DNA of 64,000 bases, taken from positions 38,995 to 102,994 of the forward strand of contig CAYOLW010000002.1 of the NCBI GenBank assembly GCA_964404925.1, given 5' to 3'. The stretch is from an uncultured Candidatus Saccharibacteria bacterium (GTDB lineage Bacteria > Patescibacteriota > Minisyncoccia > Phycocordibacterales > UBA9973). Each line of letters begins with the position of its first letter. The stretch's first letter is position 1. Shown one piece after another: positions 18,077-27,080 of this stretch. The notes below the pieces were generated by a model, which was given only the letters and a program-made list of their open reading frames with translations, searched no databases and was not told the origin of the DNA. Position numbers and translations under genes: made by a program.

Positions 18077-18952
18077 TTAGCTGCAGGGAGATAACAAAAC
18101 TTTATCCTTACCTTCGTCGTAATCTCTTTGTTTTTTGAATTTTTCTACCGTGCGGGCAAATCTGTCTCCTTGTGTTTTAGACTTTAACTTGTTCACCAAT
18201 CGTCCTAATGTTTCTTGCCAGTCTGCTATCATTATCCCGGGTTCACGCATAATGCTTTTATTAATAGGGAAGTAAAAGACCTCATCTTGCCCAAGTGCCT
18301 CTTGGCAGAATTTAACGTCTTCCTCGTCTGTTATTTTATTTAATACGAAGACATATGGTACTTGATAAAAATCTAAAATTTTGGATATTTGTTTTGCTGT
18401 TTTAGTTCCATGGAGTGAAGCATCTGTCACTATGGCACATACATCTACTCCACTAATTATGCCCGTTGATGCACCGTCTGCGCCGGCTTTTTCATCGAGG
18501 ACTACATACTCATTCTCTGAGAGTTCAAGTAATGGCAGATATACCTTAAGTGGGGCGGATAGGGAATGACTGCAGGCCTTGCCATATAGGACGTCGTCGT
18601 TTTGTGGACCGGCTGCGAGTGCGTATAAACCGTCGGAGAGTTTTGTTATGTGTTGTCCAGTAAAGTCATCGATTTTATCGAGAGTAAAACAAAACCTTTT
18701 TTCTATTGAAGTTAAATCAATTTTTTTATACTGAACATCAGAAGCGATACCCAAATACTCAAAAAGTTCTTGCTTTGCATTTCCTAAATACATCATCTCT
18801 GGCAGGGATCCACGATTCAGGTTATAGATAAAATCTATATTGTGGTCACCATCAATAGCCAAAACATCATTTTTTTGTGCTAAAAAAAGCGCTATCTGGG
18901 TAGAGAGGGTAGACTTACCGACTCCGCCTTTTCCTAATACTCCTATAATCAT
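18077..18952 (-). CDS. CooC-like (MinD/ParA superfamily) ATPase
   Basis: Deviant Walker A GKGGVGKST, IDGDHN, GKACSH where CooC has GCxC, DEKAG, VLNK. Confidence 0.7.
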   Translation of the reverse strand: MIIGVLGKGGVGKSTLSTQIALFLAQKNDVLAIDGDHNIDFIYNLNRGSLPEMMYLGNAKQELFEYLGIASDVQYKKIDLTSIEKRFCFTLDKIDDFTGQHITKLSDGLYALAAGPQNDDVLYGKACSHSLSAPLKVYLPLLELSENEYVVLDEKAGADGASTGIISGVDVCAIVTDASLHGTKTAKQISKILDFYQVPYVFVLNKITDEEDVKFCQEALGQDEVFYFPINKSIMREPGIMIADWQETLGRLVNKLKSKTQGDRFARTVEKFKKQRDYDEGKDKVLLSPCS

Positions 18953-18970
18953 AATTTATATTAAATATTT

Positions 18971-18993
18971 TAGATGCAATTTAGTTGCATCTA
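18971..18993. promoter_or_regulatory. palindromic Fur/Zur-family operator 1
   Basis: TAGATGCAA-TTTAG-TTGCATCTA, perfect 9-5-9. Confidence 0.7.
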
Positions 18994-19013
18994 TTATTAA
19001 TATAGCATACGCC

Positions 19014-19044
19014 TAATTAAATGCAAGTTTATTGCATTTAATTA
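19014..19044. promoter_or_regulatory. palindromic Fur/Zur-family operator 2
   Basis: TAATTAAATGCAA-GTTTA-TTGCATTTAATTA, perfect 13-5-13, same ATGCAA-N5-TTGCAT core. Confidence 0.7.
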
Positions 19045-19086
19045 AATGTATTTTACTTTTAGCTTCTAAAGTAATATATTGTTTAT

Positions 19087-19518
19087 ATGAAGTTTGATGC
19101 AAAAAAAGCCGAAGAGTTACTAGAAACATTTGCCCTCAAGAAGACAAAGCCGAGGATTTCTTTGCTTAATTTGTTGCTCAAAGCAAGTTCTCCTTTGTCT
19201 GCTAATTCTATATTCAAAAAACTTGCCAATGATAATCCTGACAAAGTGACGATCTATCGCACACTGGATGCCTTAGAAGAAAGTGGTGTTATAAAAAAAG
19301 TTCACACTGGAGAAAGGGAAGCTAAATACGAGATCAACAACAGCGCTGATGATCATCACCATATAATCTGCTTAAAATGTAAAAAGATTGTTGATTTCAG
19401 TGGCTGTGATGCCGATGGTTTAATTAAAAAGGCCTTAGCTCAAACAAAAGAATTCAAAAATATCACCCACCATTCTTTCGATTTGTTTGGTATTTGCTTG
19501 AAATGTGGAGATAAATAG
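19087..19518 (+). CDS. Fur-family metalloregulator (Zur-like)
   Basis: VTIYRTL, HHHIICLKC and C-terminal GICLKC. Confidence 0.9.
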   Translation: MKFDAKKAEELLETFALKKTKPRISLLNLLLKASSPLSANSIFKKLANDNPDKVTIYRTLDALEESGVIKKVHTGEREAKYEINNSADDHHHIICLKCKKIVDFSGCDADGLIKKALAQTKEFKNITHHSFDLFGICLKCGDK

Positions 19519-19533
19519 TTTTTCTATATTAGA

Positions 19534-19740
19534 ATGTTAGCTACTTTTTTGTTGGCTGCCCCAATTGTGAATCCTATTATTTTTTTAACTACTTTAGAGG
19601 CTTTTAATATTGATAAAAATATTGCAATTATACGAATCGTATCTGGATATATTATTGCAATTTTGTTAGGAGTAATTATCAGTTTCTATAAAAATCAGAA
19701 TGCTTTACTGAACAAGGATTTTGCGGCAGCTATTAATTGA
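19534..19740 (+). pseudogene. internal fragment of a DUF318-type permease
   Basis: FLLAAPIVNPI..TT.EAF matches the central motif of much longer DUF318/ArsP-type permeases; only 68 aa present. Confidence 0.55.
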
Positions 19741-19813
19741 TATTAATAATTTTTATATTTGATGTTGTAAAATTTACTTGTTGTTTATTTAATTAGTTGT
19801 ATACTAATAATAG

Positions 19814-22063
19814 ATGTCAAATCAATCAATACCTCAAAAAGTATTTGATGCCGAAGTGAATCAAATTTGCGAGCTAGCTCCTGGTGTGCGCAAAATTACT
19901 CTAAAAATTCAGGAACCCTTTGTTTTTCAAGAAGCCCAATATATATGGTTGGAGCTTGTTTGTAATCCAGCTGATCCAAAAGGTAATCGACGAGCTTTTT
20001 CTATTTTTAATCAAAACAACAAAGACAATATGATTGAAATTGTTGTGCGAGTGAGTGTTAGTTTGTATAAAAAAAAATTATTTAGTTTAAAAATTGGGGA
20101 CAAGGTATTGATTCACGGTCCTTTTGGTAGTACTTTCAAGTTGGACAATATTGAAACACAACCTTGCCCAACTAAAATAGTTTTTATTGCTGGTGGAGTA
20201 GGCATCTCTGTTTTTTGGCCTACTTTGCGAAAAATATCACAAGATAAAATACCAATCTTGTGCCATTTGGTTTATTTAAACAAAGATAGAAAGTCAACTC
20301 CTTTTCTAGTTGAATTAGAAGAGTTTAAAAAACAAAATTCTTTTTTTAATTATAATATTGATTTCGGCTATTTTAATGTCGATGATTTATTAAAAATAAA
20401 TTTTTCTTTGGACGTAGATGTGGAGTGGTGGATTTCGGGTCCGCAGGGGATGGTAAATCATGTTTTTGGTGAATTAATTAAACAAAAGTTTTCTAAAAGA
20501 AAAATGCGATTTGAAAATTATTATCCCAACGACCCTAACTCTTTGACTTTTGATAAAATTAATCAATTACTTGAATCTACTGAAAGTAATATCTTTGTTC
20601 AAGCTATTCAAAATTCAACTAACCATACGGTTATAACCGATCCGGATGGCAAAATTTTGTTTGCTAACAAAGCTACTTTAAATATCACTCAATTTTCAGC
20701 TGATGAATTAATTGGACAAACTCCTAGAATTTGGGGTGGAATGATGGATGTAGATTTTTATAAATCTTTTTGGGGGAAGATTAAATCTGGTCAACGTTTT
20801 CAGGGTGAAGTTTTAAATCGTAGAAAATCTGGTCAATATTATAATGCAATTGCACACATTAATCCTATTTTAAATCACAATAAAGATATTGTTGGTTATA
20901 TTGGCACCGAAGAAGATGTCAGTTATATTCGAGAACAGGAAAAGCAGGCTACTTTGTATAAAAATCGTTTAGAGATGGCAACTCAATCTGCTAATTTGGG
21001 GGTTTGGGAGTGGAATTTGATAAAAAAGGAAATTGTTTGGAACGATAATATGTATCAAATATATGGTTTAATGAAAGATTCTTTTGAATTAACCGATAAT
21101 AATTGGCGTAATTGCATACATGTTGACGATGTAGAGATGCGAGATAAAAATATAAATGCGTTGATTGAAAAAAAAGAGTCTGTTCCTATTGATTTTCGTA
21201 TAAATTTAAAAAACGGTAAAATTCGTTATATTCGTTCTTATGCTTTATGTGAAAAAAATAGTAATAATCAAATAGAGAAGTTGATTGGTGTTAATTTAGA
21301 TATCACTAGAGAGAGGGAAGTTGATAAAGTCAAAACGGAGTTTGTCTCGTTGGCTTCACACCAATTACGTACACCATTATCAATTATCAATTGGTATACA
21401 GAAACTTTGTTAAGTAAAAAGATTGGTAGTATTAATACTAATCAAGAAAAATATTTGTCCGAAATATATAAAAATAGTCAAAAAATGACTAGTTTATTGA
21501 ATGCCTTACTAGATATTTCTCGCTTAGATTTAGGCACTCTTGTTGTTGAAACGAAACAAATCGATATTTGTATTCTTATACAAGAATGTTTAAAGGATTT
21601 GCAATATATCTTTTTATCTAAAGATATTCATCTTGTAGAAAAATACGAAATAAAAAAATTTATCTGCCTACTAGATGAAAATATTTTTCGTATTATTGTG
21701 CAAAATATTTTATCTAATGCTGTAAAATATTCAAAAAATAATAGTAAAATTTTAGTTAAAATCAAAAAAAATAATCCCGGTGAAATCTTGGGTGGTCGGA
21801 AGATAAACTCTAAAAGTATTTCAATTACCGTTGAAGATCATGGTATCGGTATTGCTAAAAAAGATGAACAAAAGGTTTTTTCTAAGCTTTTCAGAGCAGA
21901 AAATGCAAAAAAATATTCAACCGAAGGAACTGGCTTGGGTTTGTATTTAGTTAAATCAGTGGTGGAACATTCTGGTGGAATGGTCTGGTTTGAATCTACG
22001 GAGGGATTAGGAACAATTTTTTATATTGTTTATCCAGAAACAGGAATGCGATCGATAAAATAA
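19814..22063 (+). CDS. FNR-like oxidoreductase domain-PAS-PAS-histidine kinase
   Basis: RRAFSI, GPFG, FIAGGVGI, ISGPQGMV, FENY (FNR family); two PAS; H box ASHQLRTPL; N box NILSNAVKY; DHGIGI; GTGLGL. Confidence 0.88.
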   Translation: MSNQSIPQKVFDAEVNQICELAPGVRKITLKIQEPFVFQEAQYIWLELVCNPADPKGNRRAFSIFNQNNKDNMIEIVVRVSVSLYKKKLFSLKIGDKVLIHGPFGSTFKLDNIETQPCPTKIVFIAGGVGISVFWPTLRKISQDKIPILCHLVYLNKDRKSTPFLVELEEFKKQNSFFNYNIDFGYFNVDDLLKINFSLDVDVEWWISGPQGMVNHVFGELIKQKFSKRKMRFENYYPNDPNSLTFDKINQLLESTESNIFVQAIQNSTNHTVITDPDGKILFANKATLNITQFSADELIGQTPRIWGGMMDVDFYKSFWGKIKSGQRFQGEVLNRRKSGQYYNAIAHINPILNHNKDIVGYIGTEEDVSYIREQEKQATLYKNRLEMATQSANLGVWEWNLIKKEIVWNDNMYQIYGLMKDSFELTDNNWRNCIHVDDVEMRDKNINALIEKKESVPIDFRINLKNGKIRYIRSYALCEKNSNNQIEKLIGVNLDITREREVDKVKTEFVSLASHQLRTPLSIINWYTETLLSKKIGSINTNQEKYLSEIYKNSQKMTSLLNALLDISRLDLGTLVVETKQIDICILIQECLKDLQYIFLSKDIHLVEKYEIKKFICLLDENIFRIIVQNILSNAVKYSKNNSKILVKIKKNNPGEILGGRKINSKSISITVEDHGIGIAKKDEQKVFSKLFRAENAKKYSTEGTGLGLYLVKSVVEHSGGMVWFESTEGLGTIFYIVYPETGMRSIK

Positions 22064-22103
22064 TTTAGGTCGAGATTATAAATTTTTAAAATTTAAATAA
22101 AAT

Positions 22104-22475
22104 ATGAACAAAAAAGTTTTGGTTATTGAAGATGAAACAAGTTTAAGGTTTTTATTGTGCGAACGTTTAAGTTCTGAAAATTTTCAAATTTTTTCAGCCA
22201 GTAATGGGGTGGATGGTCTGTCTTTGGCTTTACAGGAAAAACCGAACCTAATTTTATTAGACATAATGATGCCAGGTATAGACGGTAACCATGTTTTAGA
22301 AGAGATCCGAAAAAATGATTGGGGTAAAAAAGCTCATGTTATAATATTAACTAATTTAAACACTAGTGAAGAGTTGGCCAAAGCTTTAGAACTAGAAGCT
22401 TTTGAATTTTATGTTAAATCTAATATCAAGATAGAAGATTTAATGCAAAAGATTATTCAATACTTAAAAAAATAA
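22104..22475 (+). CDS. single-domain response regulator (receiver only)
   Basis: VLVIEDE, LLDIMMP, ILTN, YVK. Confidence 0.9.
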   Translation: MNKKVLVIEDETSLRFLLCERLSSENFQIFSASNGVDGLSLALQEKPNLILLDIMMPGIDGNHVLEEIRKNDWGKKAHVIILTNLNTSEELAKALELEAFEFYVKSNIKIEDLMQKIIQYLKK

Positions 22476-22477
22476 CT

Positions 22478-23404
22478 TTATTTTGTGTGCAAATTTAAAT
22501 AAATGTCTTCTAGTGCGCGGACTGCGTCGCCAGCTGCGATGTTGTTCTGGTGATATAGTACATTCGTACAGTCACCAGCTGCCCAGATACCTGGTGTTTC
22601 AGTTTTACCTGTCCATGGATCAATCTTGATTTGGCCCATTTCATTTAGTGGAACTATGTCTTTGGCGTAGCCTGTGTTTGGAATTTGGCCTATCTCGACA
22701 AAGATTCCTGAAACTTTTAAATCATTCATTTCACCAGTTTCTTTATTTTTAAATTTGATTCCATCGACAAATTTTTCTCCGGTTACTTCCAGTATATCTA
22801 CGTTCTTGATTGCTTTAAATTTAGGATTTTTAGATAGTTTTTCTACTGTCACTTCATCAGCTCTGAATGTGTCGCTGCGGTGTAGTAAAGTCACAGATTT
22901 ACAATATGCCAGTAGTTGTGCAGCCGACTCGAATCCAGCATTACCCCCACCAATAACCACCACATCCATATCAGAAAAAAGAGGTCCATCACAAGATGCA
23001 CAGTAGGTGAGTCCTTTGTGTTCCAGCCTGTCGGCACCTATGGCTTCGAGCTTTCTGCGTCCTGAACCAGAAGAAATAAGCACGGTCTTGGATTCGTGTG
23101 TTTTGCCACCTTCGGTTGTGATTATAAAAGTCTCGTTTTCTTTTTTTATAGCGACGACTTTTTCACCTTCGGCTACTTGTAGATCTTGGCCGACGTTTGC
23201 CATTACATGTTGTTTAAAATTAGTCGCTAGCTCGTGTCCTGGAATTTCAACAGATCCAATCCAGTTATAAATCTTTTCAGAAACTATACTTTGTCCACCC
23301 CATTCAGCTAATATTAGTAGTGTTTTTAATCTTTTGCGGGCAGCATACACAGCCGCAGCAGTGCCAGCCGGTCCACCGCCAATAATTATTAAATCGTATA
23401 TCAT
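22478..23404 (-). CDS. trxB: thioredoxin reductase (TrxB/AhpF-like)
   Basis: GGGPAG, redox CASCDG, GGGNAG, GIWAAGDCT. Confidence 0.88.
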   Translation of the reverse strand: MIYDLIIIGGGPAGTAAAVYAARKRLKTLLILAEWGGQSIVSEKIYNWIGSVEIPGHELATNFKQHVMANVGQDLQVAEGEKVVAIKKENETFIITTEGGKTHESKTVLISSGSGRRKLEAIGADRLEHKGLTYCASCDGPLFSDMDVVVIGGGNAGFESAAQLLAYCKSVTLLHRSDTFRADEVTVEKLSKNPKFKAIKNVDILEVTGEKFVDGIKFKNKETGEMNDLKVSGIFVEIGQIPNTGYAKDIVPLNEMGQIKIDPWTGKTETPGIWAAGDCTNVLYHQNNIAAGDAVRALEDIYLNLHTK

Positions 23405-23432
23405 TTTTATATTATAACAGAAGAGTCAAGAA

Positions 23433-24665
23433 TTATTTCTTTCGTCTTAGGAAGGCTGGCACTGCACTCCAGTCATCAGCTTCATCGTCAATTATTATTT
23501 CTTCTGGTTCTTGTTTTTTTTCTACTCGTTTCACCATGTAGTCGTTGTTTGGTAGAGGTGTGCTGGGCACGCTAGGGATTGTATTATTCGAGGTATTATT
23601 TGAAATAATTGTATTAACCTCTTTCTTTATTTGCGGTACAGTTTCTTCTTTAGCTGGAGTTGCTGGTACTGGGTTTGGAGTACTAGCAAACAGGCTTTTC
23701 CTTGGTATGTCAGTAGGGAAGTTGGTAGCAATAACGGTTACTTTTAATTCACCTTTCTTTAGTTTATCGTCTAAGATTGTACCAAAGATAACCTTGGCAT
23801 CTTTGTCGATAGATTCAGTAATGATTTTAGCAGCTTCTTGGATTTCTTGGATAGTAATGTCTTCACCTCCAGATATTGCAAATAGTACACCCTTGGCACC
23901 GTGAATTGATACTTCAAGTAGAGGGGAATTGATAGCTTGGTTTGCGGCGATACTAGCGCGGTTCTCACCGGATGCTAATCCAATACCCATAAGTGCACTA
24001 CCAGCGTCAGACATAACAGCCTTAATGTCGGCAAAGTCAACGTTGATTATACCTGGAGTGGTGATTAGATCTGAGATTCCTTCGACGGCCTGGCGCAGTA
24101 CATTGTCACAAGAAGCAAAAGCATCTTTGAAGTTAGTATTTCGATCAGAAAGTTGGAGTAGTTTATCGTTTGGAATTATGATGATTGCATCAACTTCTTT
24201 AGCTAATTCTTCGATTCCTCTTTCAGCGATTTTGCCTCGGTGTTGACCTTCAAAGAAGAATGGCTTGGTGACAACACCCACGGTCAATATGCCTTGTTCT
24301 CGAGCAATGCGAGCCACCACAGGGGCTGCTCCAGTGCCAGTACCACCACCCATTCCACATGCGATGAATAGCATATCTGCACCCTTGATTACGTCTTGGA
24401 TTTCAGCTTTGGTTTCTTCGGCAGCTTTTTTACCCACATCAGGATTCATTCCAGCTCCGAGACCTTTTGTTAGGTTTTTACCAATGTGAATTTTCTTGTC
24501 TGCTAATGAGTTGTGCAGGTCTTGAGTATCTGTGTTCATGCAGATAAAGGAAACACCCTTTACCTTTGAATTGATCATGTGGTTAACTGCGTTCTTGCCT
24601 GAGCCACCTACTCCGACAACTATTATTCGAGCAAAGCTCTCTATTTCTGGGTTTACCTTGGGCAT
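23433..24665 (-). CDS. ftsZ: cell division protein FtsZ
   Basis: GMGGGTGTG tubulin signature, INVDFAD, C-terminal VPAFLRR. Confidence 0.97.
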   Translation of the reverse strand: MPKVNPEIESFARIIVVGVGGSGKNAVNHMINSKVKGVSFICMNTDTQDLHNSLADKKIHIGKNLTKGLGAGMNPDVGKKAAEETKAEIQDVIKGADMLFIACGMGGGTGTGAAPVVARIAREQGILTVGVVTKPFFFEGQHRGKIAERGIEELAKEVDAIIIIPNDKLLQLSDRNTNFKDAFASCDNVLRQAVEGISDLITTPGIINVDFADIKAVMSDAGSALMGIGLASGENRASIAANQAINSPLLEVSIHGAKGVLFAISGGEDITIQEIQEAAKIITESIDKDAKVIFGTILDDKLKKGELKVTVIATNFPTDIPRKSLFASTPNPVPATPAKEETVPQIKKEVNTIISNNTSNNTIPSVPSTPLPNNDYMVKRVEKKQEPEEIIIDDEADDWSAVPAFLRRKK

Positions 24666-24781
24666 ATTTGTCTTGCCATTTATCGTTTTTTAGCGATTCT
24701 GGTCCTGTGTTTAATTAATTAGTATGTGGACACTATAGCAAAAAAATAAGGGTCTGCCAAGCTGTCAAAATCTTAAATTCT

Positions 24782-25942
24782 TTAGGGTAGCAACTGTTTA
24801 ATATTAGATTTTACAATACTTTTTAGGTTGTGCCAGAATGATTCTAGCGAGTTGGAAGCAATCATGTTTTCTCCTTTTTCAACGGTCAGTAATCCAAGCA
24901 CTGACAACCAGGCTGCATCACGGAGTTTGGTCTTGGTATTACCAAAAACTTCTGAAGCACCAACCTTGGCAGGAAGTTTTAAGAAATTACGAGCGGACTC
25001 AGCAATTCCATTTAAATTTGCACCAGCCCCAATCAGAACTATTCCTGCTGGTAGAAGTTCGTTTCTTTTTATTTTCTTTAAATGGTTTTCTATGAGTTCA
25101 AAAATATCCGACAGTCGCGCGTCGATTATTTCATCAACTTTTTTCTTTGGGTGTTTGTTTGTAACATTGCCTAGTTTTACATTCTCAGCTTCTTCTAAAG
25201 TTATTTTAAGTCCGAGGGCTATGTCATTAGTTATATCATTTGATCCAATCGGCAGGGTGTGCAGATAGATGAGTGTTTCATTTTCAAATACTGCCATGGA
25301 TACAGTCTCTGCACCAATATCTACTAATAGCGAGCCAGCCATTTTTTGTTTTTTAGAAAGAGTGAGTGCACTGGCAGCTACGATACTTGGCACAATGCCT
25401 ATTGTTTCAATTCCTGCATCAGCTACTGCTGATAGTAAGTTTTCAAAATGTTGAGTATGAGTAGTGGCAAAAAGCGCCCGAATTTCGAGCTTGTTACCAT
25501 GCATACCTTCTGGGCGACCGAAAACCTCCTTACTATCGAGCTTGTATGCAATAGGGAACATCTGGAGAATCTTTTTGTTTCCCAGGCTTAATCCTTCTTC
25601 TGCATTTTCAAATGCATTTTTCACATCGAGAGATGTAACCTCGCTATCTGCCTTTGATATAATGGTTGTACCATTAGCGATATCTCCGTGCAGAGTCATG
25701 TTGTTTATACCGAGGTATGCACGACGAATTTTAACACCAGAGGTTTTTTCGGCTTGCTCGACTGCTATCTTTATAGAATTAGTTGCGTCTTCTTCGGATA
25801 CTACATAGCCACGACGCATGCCAACAGCGGGCGCTTCACCTGCGCCGATTATCTTCGGTTCTTTTTCTCCTTTTTGAAACTCGCCGACTACCACTCGCAC
25901 TGTCGAGGAGCCTACTTCTATTCCCACCGAAATATTTCGCAT
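24782..25942 (-). CDS. ftsA: cell division protein FtsA
   Basis: Actin-fold motifs, VDIGAETV, ITNDIA, AENVK, GIVLIGAGA; upstream of ftsZ. Confidence 0.92.
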   Translation of the reverse strand: MRNISVGIEVGSSTVRVVVGEFQKGEKEPKIIGAGEAPAVGMRRGYVVSEEDATNSIKIAVEQAEKTSGVKIRRAYLGINNMTLHGDIANGTTIISKADSEVTSLDVKNAFENAEEGLSLGNKKILQMFPIAYKLDSKEVFGRPEGMHGNKLEIRALFATTHTQHFENLLSAVADAGIETIGIVPSIVAASALTLSKKQKMAGSLLVDIGAETVSMAVFENETLIYLHTLPIGSNDITNDIALGLKITLEEAENVKLGNVTNKHPKKKVDEIIDARLSDIFELIENHLKKIKRNELLPAGIVLIGAGANLNGIAESARNFLKLPAKVGASEVFGNTKTKLRDAAWLSVLGLLTVEKGENMIASNSLESFWHNLKSIVKSNIKQLLP

Positions 25943-26336
25943 AATATTTTTCTTCTAGTCTTTCCATTATACTGCCATGGTCCAATCCTTTCAAATGCAG
26001 CATTCCGTGGATAACTAAAAATCCAGTAAATTCAAAAAATTTTTTTTCAAAAAGTTTATGTTCACGTCTAATAACTTTTGGGCAGAGGATAAGTTCTCCA
26101 GAATTTTTGCTCAAAGCAAATGATAACACATTTGTGGGATAATCTTTTTCTCTGTGTTTGAAATTTATTTTTCTTGAAGTTCCTTCATCTACGAAAGCCA
26201 CAGACAATTCATACTTTTTACCCAGTATGTCTATACACAAATCAGAAAAAGGTAAGTCTCGCAACTTACCTAAATTACCGCTAACTGTGACAGATGTCAG
26301 GTTATCTAATTTTTCCAAGCTTTCGGAGTTTTTCAA
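25836..26336 (-). CDS. ybeY: rRNA maturation RNase YbeY (start uncertain)
   Basis: REKDYPTNVLSF, GELILC, HGMLHLKGLDH (H3xH5xH). Confidence 0.85.
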   Translation of the reverse strand: MKNSESLEKLDNLTSVTVSGNLGKLRDLPFSDLCIDILGKKYELSVAFVDEGTSRKINFKHREKDYPTNVLSFALSKNSGELILCPKVIRREHKLFEKKFFEFTGFLVIHGMLHLKGLDHGSIMERLEEKYYAKYFGGNRSRLLDSASGSRRVSKRRKRTEDNRRR

Positions 26337-26529
26337 TTTGTGTCCGTCTTACAATGCGCTTCAAAGTACTCTTTTTTACTTTCAACTTTGATTCTTTGCG
26401 TTCGTTATAGCGCTTCGACTTAACTTTTTGAATGATAGAACCCTCCTGAACCTTACGTGAAAATCGGCGCAAAAGACTTGCGTTGTTTTCGTTCGGGTTC
26501 TTTTTAATTTCCACGACTGTTTTTGCCAT
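26302..26529 (-). CDS. rpsU: 30S ribosomal protein bS21
   Basis: Basic 75 aa protein: VEIKK..NE....LLRRFSRKVQ....K.KRY. Confidence 0.75.
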   Translation of the reverse strand: MAKTVVEIKKNPNENNASLLRRFSRKVQEGSIIQKVKSKRYNERKESKLKVKKSTLKRIVRRTQIEKLRKLGKIR

Positions 26530-26611
26530 ATGGCATACAGAATAGCATATATTTAGTATAAGGCAAGCCCCTCCTGTTTACTTTTGGTTAAAAAAAAGTT
26601 AGCATTTGCAA

Positions 26612-27079
26612 ATGGGAAAAGATTATATCACTGAGGATAAAAGAAAAGAACTAGAAGAGGAGTTAAAGGATTTGTCTGGTCCGAAACGCAAAGAGATTCT
26701 AGAGGTACTTTCGTATGCCAAGTCATTAGGAGATTTGAAAGAAAATGCTGAATACCATCAGGCTCGAGATGACCAGGCTAAAAACGAAGACCGAATTAAG
26801 ACTATTGAACATATATTACGTCATTCTGAGGTTGTGCAAGCTGGATCTTCTAATAATACCATTGTAAGCATCGGCTCGGTTGTAACAGTGCGAAAGGTTG
26901 GCGAATCTAATGAAACGACCTATATCGTTGTGGGCTCAGAAGAATCTGATATGGTTTCTGGTAAGGTTTCAAATAAATCACCTCTAGGTGGTGCTTTATT
27001 TGATAAAAAGGTTGGGGATGTAGCTATCGTTACTACACCCAAAGGTAGTATTAATTATGAAATTTTAAAAATTAATTAA
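26612..27079 (+). CDS. greA: transcription elongation factor GreA
   Basis: GDLKENAEYH, VS.KSPLGGAL. Confidence 0.93.
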   Translation: MGKDYITEDKRKELEEELKDLSGPKRKEILEVLSYAKSLGDLKENAEYHQARDDQAKNEDRIKTIEHILRHSEVVQAGSSNNTIVSIGSVVTVRKVGESNETTYIVVGSEESDMVSGKVSNKSPLGGALFDKKVGDVAIVTTPKGSINYEILKIN

Positions 27080-27080
27080 T

